Source: Mobula hypostoma
Taxonomy: Eukaryota
Assembly (NCBI RefSeq): GCF_963921235.1
Contig: NC_086097.1
Span: 156,304,001-156,368,000 of the forward strand
Length of the DNA stretch: 64,000 nt
Reading direction: 5' to 3'
Shown: positions 25,278 to 38,099 of the stretch, in pieces
Layout of the letters: the number at the start of each line of letters is the position of its first letter
How positions within the stretch are numbered: the first letter of the stretch is position 1
Notes under the pieces: generated by a model
The model's database searches: none
What the model was told of the DNA's origin: nothing
The model's input: the letters and a program-made list of their open reading frames with translations, nothing else
Made by a program: the position numbers and the translations under genes

Positions 25278-28200
25278 GTGTCTTCCACATTGAGGATGAA
25301 CACAAAATACTTATTAAGTATATACGTAAATGATGCTGGAGAAGTGGTTCCTCCATTATCATCTCTCCAATATCATTTTCCAGTGGTCCAATGTCCACTT
25401 TCATTTTCTTTTACTCTTTATATATTTGAAAAACATTTTTGTATCCTATTTCATAACCAGTGCAGAGAGACAGAGGGGTGTAAAGTGAGCGTAGAAGCAA
25501 AAAGTACAAAGGGGAAAAGTAAAAGTGGCAGGCCGACAAATCCAGGGCAAGCATTAAAAAGGGCTAAGAGAGTTGTAAAAGAGCGCCTGAAGGCTTTATG
25601 TGTCAATGCAAGGAGCATTCGTAATAAGGTGGATCAATTGAAAGTGCAGATTGTTATTAATGATTATGATATAGTTGGGATCACAGAGACATGGCTCCAG
25701 GGTGACCAGGGATGGGAGCTCAACGTTCAGGGATATTCAATATTCAGGAGGGATAGACACGAAGGAAGGGGAGGTGGGGTGGCGTTGCTGGTTAAAAAAG
25801 AGATTAACGCAATAGAAAGGAAGGACATAAGCCGGGAAGATGTGGAATCGATATGGGTAGAGCTGCGTAACACTAAGGGGCAGAAGACGCTGGTGGGAGT
25901 TGTGTACAGGCCACCTAACAGTAGTAGTGAGGTCGGAGATGGTATTAAACAGGAAATTAGAAATGTGTGCAATAAAGGAACAGCAGTTATAATGGGTGAC
26001 TTCAATCTACATGTAGACTGGGTGAACCAAATTGGTAAAGGTGCTGAGGAAGAGGATTTCTTGGAATGTATGCGGGATGGTTTTTTGAACCAACATGTCG
26101 AGGAACCGACTAGAGAGCAGGCTATTCTGGACTGGGTTTTGAGCAATGAGGAAGGGTTAATTAGCGATCTTGTCGTGAGAGGCCCCTTGGGTAAGAGTGA
26201 CCATAATATGGTGGAATTCTTCATTAACATGGAGAGTGACGTAGTTAATTCAGAAACAAAGGTTCTGAACTTAAAGAGGGGTAACTTTGAAGGTATGAGA
26301 CGTGAATTAGCTAAGATAGACTGGCAAATGACACTTCAAGGATTGACGGTGGATATGCAATGGCAGGCATTTAAAGGTTGCATGGATGAACTACAACAAT
26401 TGTTCATCCCAGTTTGGCAAAAGAATAAATCAAGGAAGGTAGTGCACCCGTGGCTGACAAGAGAAATTAGGGATAGTATCAATTCCAAAGAAGTAGCATA
26501 CAAATTAGCCAGAGAAAGTGGCTCACCTGAGGAATGGGAGAAATTCAGAGTTCAGCAGAGGAGGACAAAGGGCTTAATTAGGAAGGGGAAAAAAGATTAT
26601 GAGAGAAAACTGGCAGAGAACATAAAAACGGACTGTAAAAGCTTTTATAGATATGTAAAAAGGAAAAGACTGATAAAGACAAATGTAGGTCCCCTGCAAA
26701 CAGAAACAGGTGAATTGATTATGGGGAGCAAGGACATGGCAGACCAATTGAATAATTACTTTGGTTCTGTCTTCACTAAGGAGGACATAAATAATCTTCC
26801 AGAAATAGTAAGGGACAGAGGGTCCAGTGAGATGGAGGAACTGAGCGAAATACATGTTAATAGGGAAGTGGTGTTAGGTAAATTGAAGGGATTGAAGGCA
26901 GATAAATCCCCAGGGCCAGATGGTCTGCATCCCAGAGTGCTTAAGGAAGTGACCCAAGAAATAGTGGATGCATTAGTGATAATTTTTCAAAACTCGTTAG
27001 ATTCTGGACTAGTTCCTGAGGATTGGAGGGTGGCTAATGTAACCCCACTTTTTAAAAAAGGAGGGAGAGAGAAACCGGGGAATTATAGGCCGGTTAGCCT
27101 AACGTCGGTGGTGGGGAAACTGCTGGAGTCAGTTATCAAGGATGTGATAACAGCACATTTGGAAAGCGGTGAAATGATCGGACAAAGTCAGCATGGATTT
27201 GTGAAAGGAAAATCATGTCTGACGAATCTCATAGAATTTTTTGAGGATGTAACTAGTAGAGTGGATAGGGGAGAACCAGTGGATGTGGTATATTTGGATT
27301 TTCAAAAGGCTTTTGACAAGGTCCCACACAGGAGATTAGTGTGCAAACTTAAAGCACACGGTATTGGGGGTAAGGTATTGGTGTGGGTGGAGAATTGGTT
27401 AGCAGACAGGAAGCAAAGAGTGGGAATAAACGGGACCTTTTCAGAATGGCAGGCGGTGACTAGTGGGGTACCGCAAGGCTCAGTGCTGGGACCCCAGTTG
27501 TTTACAATATATATTAATGACTTGGATGAGGGAATTAAATGCAGCATCTCCAAGTTTGCGGATGACACGAAGCTGGGTGGCAGTGTTAGCAGTGAGGAGG
27601 ATGCTAAGAGGATGCAGGGTGACTTGGATAGGTTGGTTGAGTGGGCAAACTCATGGCAGATGCAATTTAATGTGGATAAATGTGAAGTTATCCACTTTGG
27701 TGGCAAAAATAGGAAAACAGATTATTATCTGAATGGTGGCCGATTAGGAAAAGGGGAGGTGCAACGAGACCTGGGTGTCATTATACACCAGTCATTGAAA
27801 GTGGGCATGCAGGTACAGCAGGCGGTGAAAAAGGCGAACGGTATGCTGGCATTTATAGCGAGAGGATTCGAGTACAGGAGCAGGGAGGTACTACTGCAGT
27901 TGTACAAGGCCTTGGTGAGACCACACCTGGAGTATTGTGTGCAGTTTTGGTCCCCTAATCTGAGGAAAGACATCTTTGCCATAGAGGGAGTACAAAGAAG
28001 GTTCACCAGATTGATTCCTGGGATGGCAGGTCTTTCATATGAAGAAAGACTGGATGAACTGGGCTTGTACTCGTTGGAATTTAGAAGATTGAGGGGGGAT
28101 CTGGTTGAAACGTATAAGATCCTAAAGGGATTGGACAGGCTAGATGCGGGAAGATTGTTCCCGATGTTGGGGAGGTCTAGAACGAGGGGTCACAGTTTGA

Positions 28201-28388
28201 GGATAGAGGGGAAGCCTTTTAGGACCGAGGTTAGGAAAAACTTCTTCACACAGAGAGTGGTGAATCTGTGGAATTCTCTGCCACAGCAAACTGTTGAGGC
28301 CAGTTCATTAGCTATGTTTAAAAGGAAGTTAGATATGGCCCTTGTGGCTACAGGGGTCAGGGGGTATGGAGGGAAGGCTGGGTTCTGA
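25278..28388 (+). CDS. CR1 ORF2 APE endonuclease-reverse transcriptase (first ~60 codons come from the flanking antisense CR1)
   Basis: VNARSIRNK, GITETW, YRPPNS, MGDFN, SDHN (APE); NYRPVSLTS, QHGF, YLDFQKAFDKV, GVPQGSVLGP, FADD (RT); no stops over 1036 codons. Confidence 0.93.
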   Translation: MSSTLRMNTKYLLSIYVNDAGEVVPPLSSLQYHFPVVQCPLSFSFTLYIFEKHFCILFHNQCRETEGCKVSVEAKSTKGKSKSGRPTNPGQALKRAKRVVKERLKALCVNARSIRNKVDQLKVQIVINDYDIVGITETWLQGDQGWELNVQGYSIFRRDRHEGRGGGVALLVKKEINAIERKDISREDVESIWVELRNTKGQKTLVGVVYRPPNSSSEVGDGIKQEIRNVCNKGTAVIMGDFNLHVDWVNQIGKGAEEEDFLECMRDGFLNQHVEEPTREQAILDWVLSNEEGLISDLVVRGPLGKSDHNMVEFFINMESDVVNSETKVLNLKRGNFEGMRRELAKIDWQMTLQGLTVDMQWQAFKGCMDELQQLFIPVWQKNKSRKVVHPWLTREIRDSINSKEVAYKLARESGSPEEWEKFRVQQRRTKGLIRKGKKDYERKLAENIKTDCKSFYRYVKRKRLIKTNVGPLQTETGELIMGSKDMADQLNNYFGSVFTKEDINNLPEIVRDRGSSEMEELSEIHVNREVVLGKLKGLKADKSPGPDGLHPRVLKEVTQEIVDALVIIFQNSLDSGLVPEDWRVANVTPLFKKGGREKPGNYRPVSLTSVVGKLLESVIKDVITAHLESGEMIGQSQHGFVKGKSCLTNLIEFFEDVTSRVDRGEPVDVVYLDFQKAFDKVPHRRLVCKLKAHGIGGKVLVWVENWLADRKQRVGINGTFSEWQAVTSGVPQGSVLGPQLFTIYINDLDEGIKCSISKFADDTKLGGSVSSEEDAKRMQGDLDRLVEWANSWQMQFNVDKCEVIHFGGKNRKTDYYLNGGRLGKGEVQRDLGVIIHQSLKVGMQVQQAVKKANGMLAFIARGFEYRSREVLLQLYKALVRPHLEYCVQFWSPNLRKDIFAIEGVQRRFTRLIPGMAGLSYEERLDELGLYSLEFRRLRGDLVETYKILKGLDRLDAGRLFPMLGRSRTRGHSLRIEGKPFRTEVRKNFFTQRVVNLWNSLPQQTVEASSLAMFKRKLDMALVATGVRGYGGKAGF

Positions 28389-28487
28389 GTTGGATGATCA
28401 GCCATGATCATAATAAATGGCGGTGCAGGCTCGAAGGGCCGAATGGCCTACTCCTGCACCTATTTTCTATGTTTCTATGTTTCTATG
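25456..28487 (+). mobile_element. Young CR1 LINE, 5'-truncated just upstream of the APE domain, intact 3' end
   Basis: Uninterrupted ORF2, 3' UTR and (TTTCTATG)3 tail at 28464-28487. Confidence 0.96.
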
Positions 28488-29799
28488 TCAAGATTATCTT
28501 CAATTTTCATCTTTGCTCTCTATTTGGCTTTTCAGTAGCCTTCTATTTGTTTTAAAAGCTTCCCAAATCATCTACATTCACACTAATTTTAGCTATATTA
28601 TATGCCCTTTCTTTTGCTTTTATGCTGTCTTTGACTTTCCCCATCATTTACAGTTGCCTCATTCTGCCTTTAGAATATATCTTCCACATTGCAATGTATC
28701 TTGCCTGCACCTTCCAAATTGCTCCCAGAAACCCCAACCATCGTTGTTCTGCTATCATCCCTGCTAACATCTCCTTCCAATCAACTTTTGCCATCTCCTC
28801 TCTCATGCCACTGTAATTCCCTTTATTCCAGTTTTATACAGATACATCTGAGTTTAGCTTCTCGCTCTCAAATTGCAGGATGAATTCTATATTATGATAA
28901 TTGAATTCGAAGGGTTCGTTTACCTCAAGCTCCTTAATCAAAATTACATTACACCCAAACCAGAATGTGATTCCCTAGTTGGGTCAACTACACATTGCTC
29001 TAAACATCCATCCTAATGGCATTCTACAGATTCCATCTCTTAGGATTCAACACCAACCTGATTTTCCCAATCAACCTGTATATTGTAATCCCCCATGACT
29101 ATCACAACGTTGCCCTTTTGACATGCATTTTCTATCTCCCGTTATAATTTGAAGCCCATATCCAAGCTATTGTTCGAAGGCCTGCATATAACTCCGATCA
29201 GGGTCTTTTCACCCTTGTAGTTTCTTAACTCTACCCACCAGGATTCCTCATCTTCTGATCCAATTTCATCTCTCTCTAAGGATTTTATCTCACTTTGTAT
29301 CAACAAAGCCACACCACCCCCTAAGCTCACAACTTTGATCCTCTTTCAGCCATGACTCAGTGATATCCACAGCATAAGAGTTGCCAACCTCTAACTGCAG
29401 TACAAGGTGATCTACCTTATTTTGTATACTGCGTGTATTCAGATATAATACCTTCAGTCCTGTATTCATTACCCTTTTTGATTTTGGCTCCCTATTATGT
29501 TTTAACTTATCCTACTGACTGTATTTTTCCCTATCATCTGCTGTCCTTCCTCACAGCCTCACTACACACTACATCCAGTTTTACGCCAATGGTCCCAACC
29601 TCAGCCCCATCACTCTCATTCCCATCCCCCTACCAAATTAGTTTAAATTTACTTTGGACTTTGAACACTTTAGACCCATTCTCAGTGCACGATCTACGTA
29701 CTAACGAAGTTAAAATTCTTACTAGAATCTTACTTAGAACCTCCACTGTTCTCACCCAAGCCTGTAAAGCCAAAGCATGACCACTCTAACACTGTCCAC

Positions 29800-30805
29800 T
29801 TACACAATGGCCGTTCCCACAATGTTTGCTGTGCTTACTGCTTGTCATCTCCAACAGGATCCCACCACCAAGAACATCTTTCCCTCCTCTCATTTTTTTG
29901 CTTTCTGCAAGGATGGCTCCCTACAGGATTCCCTTGTCCATTGGCCCCTCCCCACTGATCTCCCTCCTGGCACTTATCCTTGCAAGCAGAACAAGTGCTA
30001 CACCTCCTTCCTCACTACCATTTAGGGCCCCAAACAGTCTTTCCAGGTGAGGCGACACTTCACCTGTGGGTCTTTTGGGGCTGTATACAGTGTCCGGTGC
30101 TCCCAGTGTAGCCTCCTGTATATCAATGAGTCCCAACGTAGATTGGGAGACCTCTTCACCAACCACCTATGCTCCATTTGATGGAAGTGGGATCTTCCAG
30201 TGGCCACCCATTTTAATTCCACTTCCCATACCTATTCCAATATGTCAATCCAAGGATCCACGGCCTCCTCCACTGTCGTGTTGAGGCCACACTCAGGTTA
30301 GAGGAACAACGCCTTATAGGTGTATTCCATCTGGGTAGCCTCCAACCTGATGGCATGAGCATCGATTTCTTGAACTTCTGGTAATGCCCCATCCTCCTTC
30401 TTCACCAGTCCCCATCCCCTTTTCCCCCCTCACCTTATCTTCTTGTCTGCCCATCACTTCCTTCTAGTGCTTCTCCCCCCTTTTCTTTCTCCTATGGCCT
30501 TCTGTCTTCTCGTATTTGATTCCCCCTTTTCCAACTCTGAATCTCTTTCACCAATTACATTCCTAGCTCTTTACTCCATCCCTCCCCTTCCCTGTTTCAC
30601 CTATCACCTTGTGTTTCTCTCTCCCCTCCCCCTAAACTTTTAAGGCTACTCCTCATCGTTTTTTTTTCCAGTCCTGCCGAAGGGTCTCGGCTGGAAATGT
30701 CAACTGTACTTTTTTCCATAGATGTTGCCTGGCCTGCTGAGTTCCTCCAGCATTTTGTGTGAGTTGCTTGGAATTCCAGCATCTGCAGATTTTCTTTTGT
30801 CTGTG
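29800..30805 (+). mobile_element. Penelope family A 3' portion (GIY-YIG endonuclease remnant plus terminal repeat)
   Basis: PPGTYPCK..KCYT..GPKQSFQVRRHFTC...VYSVRCSQCSLLYINESQRRLGD; terminal repeat with decayed hammerhead at 30674. Confidence 0.85.
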
Positions 30806-30964
30806 ATTGCCTCATTTGTTTTTGTTGGCCCCTGCCGAATGCTGAATAGATGGTTATGATTGCAGCGTGTCAAAAAATCCCAAAACCATTTGAGCTAAAT
30901 TTAAACCTTGTGCTTCGTCACAAATAAATGACCTCTCTTGTAGATTGCAGCCAGCTAAAAAATG

Positions 30965-31120
30965 CTGGTGAATCAATGGAATTCATTGCCATAGATGTTT
31001 GTATAGGTCAATGCATTGGATATATTTAAAGCAGAGGCTGAAAATTTCCTGATTAGTAAAGGTGTCAAAGTTTAATGGGACAGGGCAAGTGAATGAGGTT
31101 TCGAGGGAAAATAAATCAGT
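30965..31120 (+). mobile_element. CR1 3' end fragment
   Basis: GGTGAATCAATGGAATTCATTGCC...TATATTTAAAGCAGAGG similar to other CR1 ends in the window. Confidence 0.65.
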
Positions 31121-31425
31121 GTACCTTACAAGTTGAGTCCCTTTATTTCTTCTCCATTTTAGAAATCTCTTAGCACATTTTTCCTAAAGAAAAAAGTGAA
31201 TGACTTCACATTCCCAATTTAAGATTCTGTTACCTTCTCACTGAGTTGCAAAGTGTCTCTGTCCTTTGGTAATGTCACTTCCCTTTTTGGCTGTATTCCT
31301 GGGGCTTCACAACTGATCTGTCATTTCTTGGATCCTTAATTATCTCCTGTCATTCTCTCTCTTTTGTTTTCTCTTTCTCTCTTTCTTACTCTATTTCTCT
31401 ATTGCTATCTCTTTCTCTCAATATC

Positions 31426-34400
31426 TGTTCAGTCTATGCACAGCTACATATCAATTAAATAAAAGCATGCACGCGTAACTAACTTCACAGTTCTAAAGAT
31501 TCAATCTTTTGGATGGCGCTCTGTTTCTTTCAGGATAGTGCCTCTGGACCTGTGGCGTGGCATCAGGTTTGGCGGGTGTCTTGTTAGCAATAATGTTCTT
31601 GTTGCACCTGTGGACCTGTGGAGTGGCCTCAGGTTTGGTAGATGTCTTTTCTAAGACAACATTCTCAGTTTCCTGTGCCACGTTGCTGTCAGTGACATCA
31701 TCACTGAGCGGTAAGTCCGGTGATTGTAATGTGTCCGTCTTGTTGGATGCAATCGACTCAGGTGGGTTCTCCAGTTGAGAATCTAGTATCTGGTCCACAT
31801 GACATCCCCATGGATGATCTCCAACATCCACCGTGTTCATCAATGGTCCAATTCTTGTAGCTATCCTACCGGGTGTCCACCTGTCTTCTCAGTAATCACA
31901 CACTAGGATTTCCTGTCCAATCTCAAAGCTCCTTGCTGCTTTACTTGGCAACTGGATAAACTGTTTATTCTGCAATTCCCTCCGTCAATTTGGTTTCAGG
32001 AGGTCTACAAAAGATCCTTGCTCATGAACAGCATTGTAGGTGTTTGATTTGTCATCACATGGACAGAGTTCTGATACACAAAAAGAAAATTGCCCATCTT
32101 GTGCCATAGAGAAATGTCCTCCTTGTCCATCACTTTAATGAACTTCTTAAAGTTTTTGATAAGCTTTTCAGCTAACCCATTCATTGCAGGGTGGTGAGGA
32201 GCTGACTTGAAATGTCTGATGCCATTTTTCTTCATGAACAGTCGGAATTCTACTCACAATTTGTCACTCACAATTTGTTCTGGTAAGCCATTTCGGGCAA
32301 AGATAGTCCTCAGGGCGGAGGCAGTCTTTGGCTTCATTGGTATAACTTCCAGCCACATCGAATGAGCATCCACAGCAATCAGAAACATGGAGTCCCTGGA
32401 GTTCAGCAAAGTCAATATGCACTCTTTGGCATGGTGAAGATGGCTACTCCCACAGGTGTAACTGGTGCCTGTGGAGGAGCATTTTGAACTTTTTGGCATC
32501 CCAAACAGCTTTTGGCTGAGTCTTCAGTCTGTTTATCTATTCTCAGCCACTCTATGTAGCTCCGGGTGAGCTTGACTGTACCCAGGTGTCCTTCGTGCAA
32601 ATTTTCTAACACTTTGGTGCGCAGTTTAGAGGGAACCACAGCACAAGATTCACACATCATCATTCATTGACATACCAACAGCTGGTCCTGTCTCGCAGAG
32701 AATTCAGGAAACATTGGGTTACCATGAGCTTGCCACCCTTCCATGGTGATTTCATGGACTTTGATAATTTCAGGTCATTCTTTGTTTCCCTTTGTATTTC
32801 GGAATTTGCTACCGGCAACTGGTCCGCCAATACAGTGTGGAACACTTCTGCTGAGTCACAGTATGAAATTTTCTTCTTCAGCTGCCAATAATGGAAGATG
32901 TGAAAAGCCATCAGTGTTGTGTTGTTTGATCCCTTAAACTCTATGTCATAATAATGGGCTCCTAGGAACAGTGCCCACTGTTGTAACTGAGTAGCAGTCA
33001 TCACTGGAATTCCCTTTGTGGGATTGAAAATGGAAACAAGAGGCTGGAGATCTGTTACTAGTGTAAACTTTTGTCTGTAGAGGTATTGGTGGAACTTCTT
33101 TATTCCCCATACTAGACTAAGGGGCTTTTGGTTGATCTGTGCATAGTTGTGTTCTGTGGTTTTCAGTGATCTTGAAGCAAACATAATTGGGCAGTCAGAT
33201 CCATTTTTCATAAAGTGTGTCAAAATTGCTCAGCCATAAAGGGATGCATTGCACAGCAGCCTGATGGGCAAGGATGGGTCATAATGGGTGAGCAGTTCAT
33301 TGGATGTTATTAGTCTCTTTGTTTCCTTTTACGCTTTTTCACATCTTTCTGACCATTCCCACTTTGCTCCTCTCTGTAACAGAGCGTGCAATGGATGCAG
33401 CACTGTAGCAATGTTTGGGAGAAATCAGTGGTAGTAGTTTACAAGGCCCATGTATGACCTGAGTTGTGACACATTTTCCAGTTTGGGTGTCTGCAGCATT
33501 GCTTCAGTCTTCTTGTGTGACTCATGTAAGCCATGCTTGTCAATAGCATGTCAAATTACCGGGTGAATGTGTAGGTTTGGTGTACTGAAAGCCTGTGTCT
33601 CCATAGATACTTGTGGCACACTTGAGTACTCAGCGGAGGGTGCTGATGCTTTTTTGCCGGTGGGGTTGGGGGGTTGGTCATTGCCTTTCTGTTGCTTGTG
33701 CATGGGAGGGGGGAGCTGTGGGGGGGCTTTGAAGTTCTAACGTTTAACTGTCATTCATTCTTTGGGGCACTCCTCTGTTTTCATGGATGTTCGTGAAGAA
33801 AAAGAATTTCAGGATGTATATTGTATACACTTCTCTGACATTAAATGTACCTGTCGAAACCTGTTGAAACAACATGAGATCTGATTCTTGAAAATTTCAC
33901 ATTTAACGACCTCCTTGATTTCAGGATATATATTGTATACATTTCTCTGACATTAAATATACCTATTGAAACCTAATGAAACAATATGAGATTTTATTCT
34001 TGAAAATCTCACATTTCTCTCTCTTCACACGCAGACCATACTCACTCAGTCTGGTAAGCACTTTATCAAGGCTCTGGAGCTGCTCTTCATAATTTTTGCC
34101 AGTCATGATGATGCCATCAAGGTAACATTGTGTTCATCAGAAATCTTGGAGCACTTGTTCTTTTGTTCTTTGCCAAATTGCCAGAGCTGATGTGATGCCA
34201 AAGATGAGATGATTATACTGGAACAGTCCCTTGTGAGTGTTGATTGTGAGGAACTTCCTGCTTGTCTTCTCAATCTCCATTTGCAGATAGGCTTTTAACA
34301 AGTCAATCTTTGAAAACCTCTCTCCACCGGCCAAAGATGAAAAAATGTCTTCTGTTTGTACCAGGTGATACTGCACGGTAGGCAGAACTGGGTTGACGCT

Positions 34401-36268
34401 CACCTTGAAATCCCCACATATGTAAACGTTTCCAGCCATTCCTTTCTTGATCACTGGGACAATGGGCATGGCCCAATCACTCCACTCAACCTTGGAGAGA
34501 ATTCTAGTTGCCTCTGAGCTCTACAGTCCAGCATCAACTTTAGGACATAGCGCATAAGGCACTGGATGTGTTCTATGGAATCTTGGTGTTGCTGTTTCAT
34601 CCAGCTCAATTCTGGCTTTCATGCCTTTGAGTTTACCAATCCCCTTCTCAAACACCTTCTCATTAGCACTACGCAGCTGTCCCATTCTCTGGTTAGTGCT
34701 ATCATTTGGGCTGCCGTTGCCTATTGATGTCACACTGAGAGCTTTGATGGAGTCTAGTTGGATTTTTCCCAACTATTCACTTCCAAAAAGTGTTGTCCCT
34801 TCACATTTCAATACATAAAGCTCTAACTGTTGTGATTGGCTTCCATATGTCATATTTACTTTCAGTTTGCCTTTGGGAGATACTTTTTCACCTGTGTAGG
34901 TCTTTAGCATCACTGAGGTCTTCTCGAATGGTATCTTAGAAAACACTGTTGTAGTCAGCCTCTAGAATTATAGACAAAGCTAACCCTGTATCCAGCTCCA
35001 TTTTCAGTTTTACACCAGACCCATCTCTTGTGATCCATATTATATTGCGATCTGCTTCAGTAATACTATGCAGTTCTAGGCATGACAATTCACCTTTGTC
35101 AGACTCTAAGTTGTCTGATTCTATTTTACATTTGGTAACTTTATGCATTTGCTTAGTTTTGTGTTTGAGACTTCTCACTCGGTTGTGCTTTTTGTCTGCC
35201 TTGCACATTCTGTCCGTGATCCTGTCTGTGACACTTTCTGCAGATGTTTTCTTTGAACCAACAGTTATTTGCATCTTGGATGGATTTGCCACATCAATAA
35301 CATTTTTGGCTTTTTTTGCACCGTTCAAGAACATTTTGTGTTTTCACACCTTAACCTCCATTTTCGTAGTTCTGCTGAATCTTTTGCTGTAGTCTCTGAT
35401 GATACTGCAATGGTCAATGCCTATTCTAAGATAAGGCTCTTTCTGCTAGTAGCCTTGTTTGAGTGTTTTGACTATGTATGGAACATACAAGCCTGTCCCT
35501 TAATGCATCAGAAATTCCATCTCTAAAGTCACAGTGCTAGGAAATTTAGTGCAATCCTGCAATGTATTCAGAAAGGCTTTCATATTTTGACTGGCTCCTT
35601 TTGCGAATTCTAAATCGCTCAGCTATTACGAGTGGTTTAAGGTTCAAGTGATTTTGTAAAATTGTAACAATATCATCGAACGTCTTGCTTGCTGGCTGTT
35701 CCGGGGTTACTAGATTGCGCAAGAGACTGTACGTTCTTGGGCCCATTAAGCTAAGAAGTGTAGGGGCTTTTTCTTGCTCTTCCACATTGTTCATTTTACA
35801 AAACAGTTCAACTTTCTCTCTATAAGATACTCAAACTTCATTGTTGCTATCAAATTTGTCAGCTTTCCCGACTGAAGCCATCAACACATTGTTTTCACTT
35901 TAAATTCAGTCTATTTTCCACTGTTACTCTGCACTGTACTCACACGTTCGTTTGTTCGCATCTGTGATGGCCTTCTCGTACTGTTTAACTCTCGCTGTTT
36001 CGTCCTGTAACTGTCCGTATAGGTGTTGGTATTCTCTGACATTCAGATTCACGCTCATCGCCAAGTTGTCGTGTCTGTGCACAGCTATATATCGATTAAA
36101 TTAAGGCGAAGATGCAGGAGATGGCCTTAACAGGTGAAATCACATTGCAGCGAGAGAGAGACGAACAATGCAAATGCATATACAACAGTGCATGTGCAGA
36201 CAACAGATCAATATGTAATGTTGGGAGGTGTGGTCATTGCTCTAAAAGAAATAGATCCATACATTGCA
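31426..36268 (-). mobile_element. Gypsy/Ty3 LTR retrotransposon 1, decayed, TSD-flanked
   Basis: TG...CA ends with 5-bp TSD ATATC (31421-31425 / 36269-36273); 5' LTR 36067-36268; PBS TGGCGATGAG (36054-36063); gag (35546-35794), protease LDTG, RT (34137-34469), RNase H (32660-33223), integrase (32005-32663) in Gypsy order; 3' LTR reduced to ~45 bp. Confidence 0.93.
33555..33982 (+). mobile_element. Non-LTR/SINE-like 3' fragment inserted in Gypsy 1 RT, with duplicated 3' end
   Basis: Interrupts pol; GAATTTCAGGATGTATATTG 3' motif shared with Rex/Babar-like ends; (CCTATTGAAA)-like tail. Confidence 0.6.
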
Positions 36269-37328
36269 ATATCTATCTATCCATCTCTCTTCCACACTCT
36301 ATACCTCAATCTTTATCTCTTTCCATTTCAGCATTCTTCTTTCCCTGACGTGCGTTCTCAGTTCTTGCAGCCTTCTACTCACTGACAGGCAATCCTTTAA
36401 CCTGGTCTTGAGCTTCACTCTTACACTGTCTTCCATATTTTTTCAAGCAACTCTCAGTGACACATCAAGTTATGAAGCAAATAATATATATTGCAGATAT
36501 TTCCACATTCATCTTTTATCTAGACTTGATTAAAGTGAAAAACTTTGAAGGGATATTGAAGTAATAATATCACTTCAACTTTACTAATATAAACATTTTT
36601 CAAAATCTTTTCCGCTTCCTTTTACTATGGAAGCACAATTTAACTAGATTACCAATCCAGTTGTCATGTAAAAGGTGAGAATGTGACTGATTCTGGAGAA
36701 GGTAATCTCAAACCATTGTAATTGACACTGGAGTAGAGATTTTAATGTGGCATCCAACTGTATAAAAAGCACTCAGAGGGACACTTAGACTTGCTGAACA
36801 CTTCAGAAATCTATGTAGAACTAATTTAAATGTTTAGATAATGCAGACACTACTGCCCACTCTCTTTAAGTGCTTCTGCTATTCATTTCCATCAGGATCT
36901 TTCCTTTCATCCATCATAATTTTATGAGCGACCAGTGAAAACCTTGGAAAAATAGCCTGAAGAGTTTTTATAATGGACAATTGTGAGATGACAAACTGAT
37001 ATTCTGCCTATTTAACTTTGATTGGTGAGAAAGGATTTCTGCCAATGGCTGAAACAACTCATATAATTCCATTCGGCAGTATAATAAGCCGTTAATTGGC
37101 TGAAACCCATAGTGCAGCAATCAATTTGTTCACATTAGCTGATCTGAGTATAGGCCAGCATGGAAGGAGCAAGTTCCTTTGATGTCCATGCTACAGGTTT
37201 GAGAGGATCTCTATGGAGGAGATATGTGGGAAGGGGGCCGTGGAAAGTGACAGGGTATTAAGGTAACACTGGGAATAATACTTATATTCTTGAATATTAT
37301 GCCCTGACCCTGGCAAAACATGAATGGC

Positions 37329-37953
37329 AGATTAGATTATGAGGACATGCAGTCCTCTTTTATTGTCATTTAGTAATGCATGCATTAAGAAATGATGTAA
37401 TATTCCTCCGGTGTCATATCACAAAAACACAGGACAGACCAAGACTGAAAAACTAACAAAAACCACGTAATTATAACAAATAGTTACAACAGTGTAACAA
37501 TACCATAACTTGATGAAGAACAGGCCATGGCACAGTAAAAAAAAGTTCAAAGTCTCCCAACTGTCCCACATCTCACGCAGACAGAAGAAGGAAGAAAACT
37601 CTCCCTGCCATGCCTGACCACAGTCCCACTCTGAGTCGTCCGAAAACCTCAAGCTCTGATCAGCCCTCCGACACCGAGTACCGAGCACCATCCCTATCCG
37701 AAAGATTCGACCTCAGCCTCGGCCGCCAGCAGCAGGCAAAGCCAGGGATTTTGGGGCCTTCCCTCCAGAGAATTCTCGATTGCCCAGTAACAATGGCAGC
37801 GAACCAGCATTTCAGAAATTTCTCCAGATTTCTCTGTGCTTTCACGTCTGTCTCCATCAAATCAGAATTGTCCACGGCCCCTATTTAATGGATTATATCA
37901 TTTTCACTGGAGAGCTGTACGCGTGCATCGCGCTGCCATCTTTTCCTCTCCTG
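37329..37953 (-). mobile_element. Second copy of AAGATG-headed family 2
   Basis: Reverse-complement homologue of 19468-20147 with AGATT tail and GAGGAC...GTCCTC hairpin (37341-37357). Confidence 0.8.
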
Positions 37954-38099
37954 AAAACACAATTGCTTTCAGATGTAATGTCCTTTGTTGTGTAAGCAGG
38001 GAGGGATAATTATTTTGCCAACAAATGCTGTCTGTAAGGCTGCCAGTTGTTGTGAAGCAATTAACCAAAGGAATGAGAAATGTTTGAAAGAAATAAAGT

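Larger units (their letters stand above)
23106..29650 (-). mobile_element. Old CR1 LINE (ORF2 APE to tail), degenerate, hosting three nested insertions
   Basis: Minus-strand GGGVALLI..ELRN (29142-29330), NYRPVSLT.VVGK (24874-25116), SGVPQGS (24612-24794); GACCATAAGA tail at 23106. Confidence 0.88.

Noticed and set aside
25727..28006. Several antisense ORFs of 93-167 aa
   Set aside because: Shadow frames of CR1 ORF2
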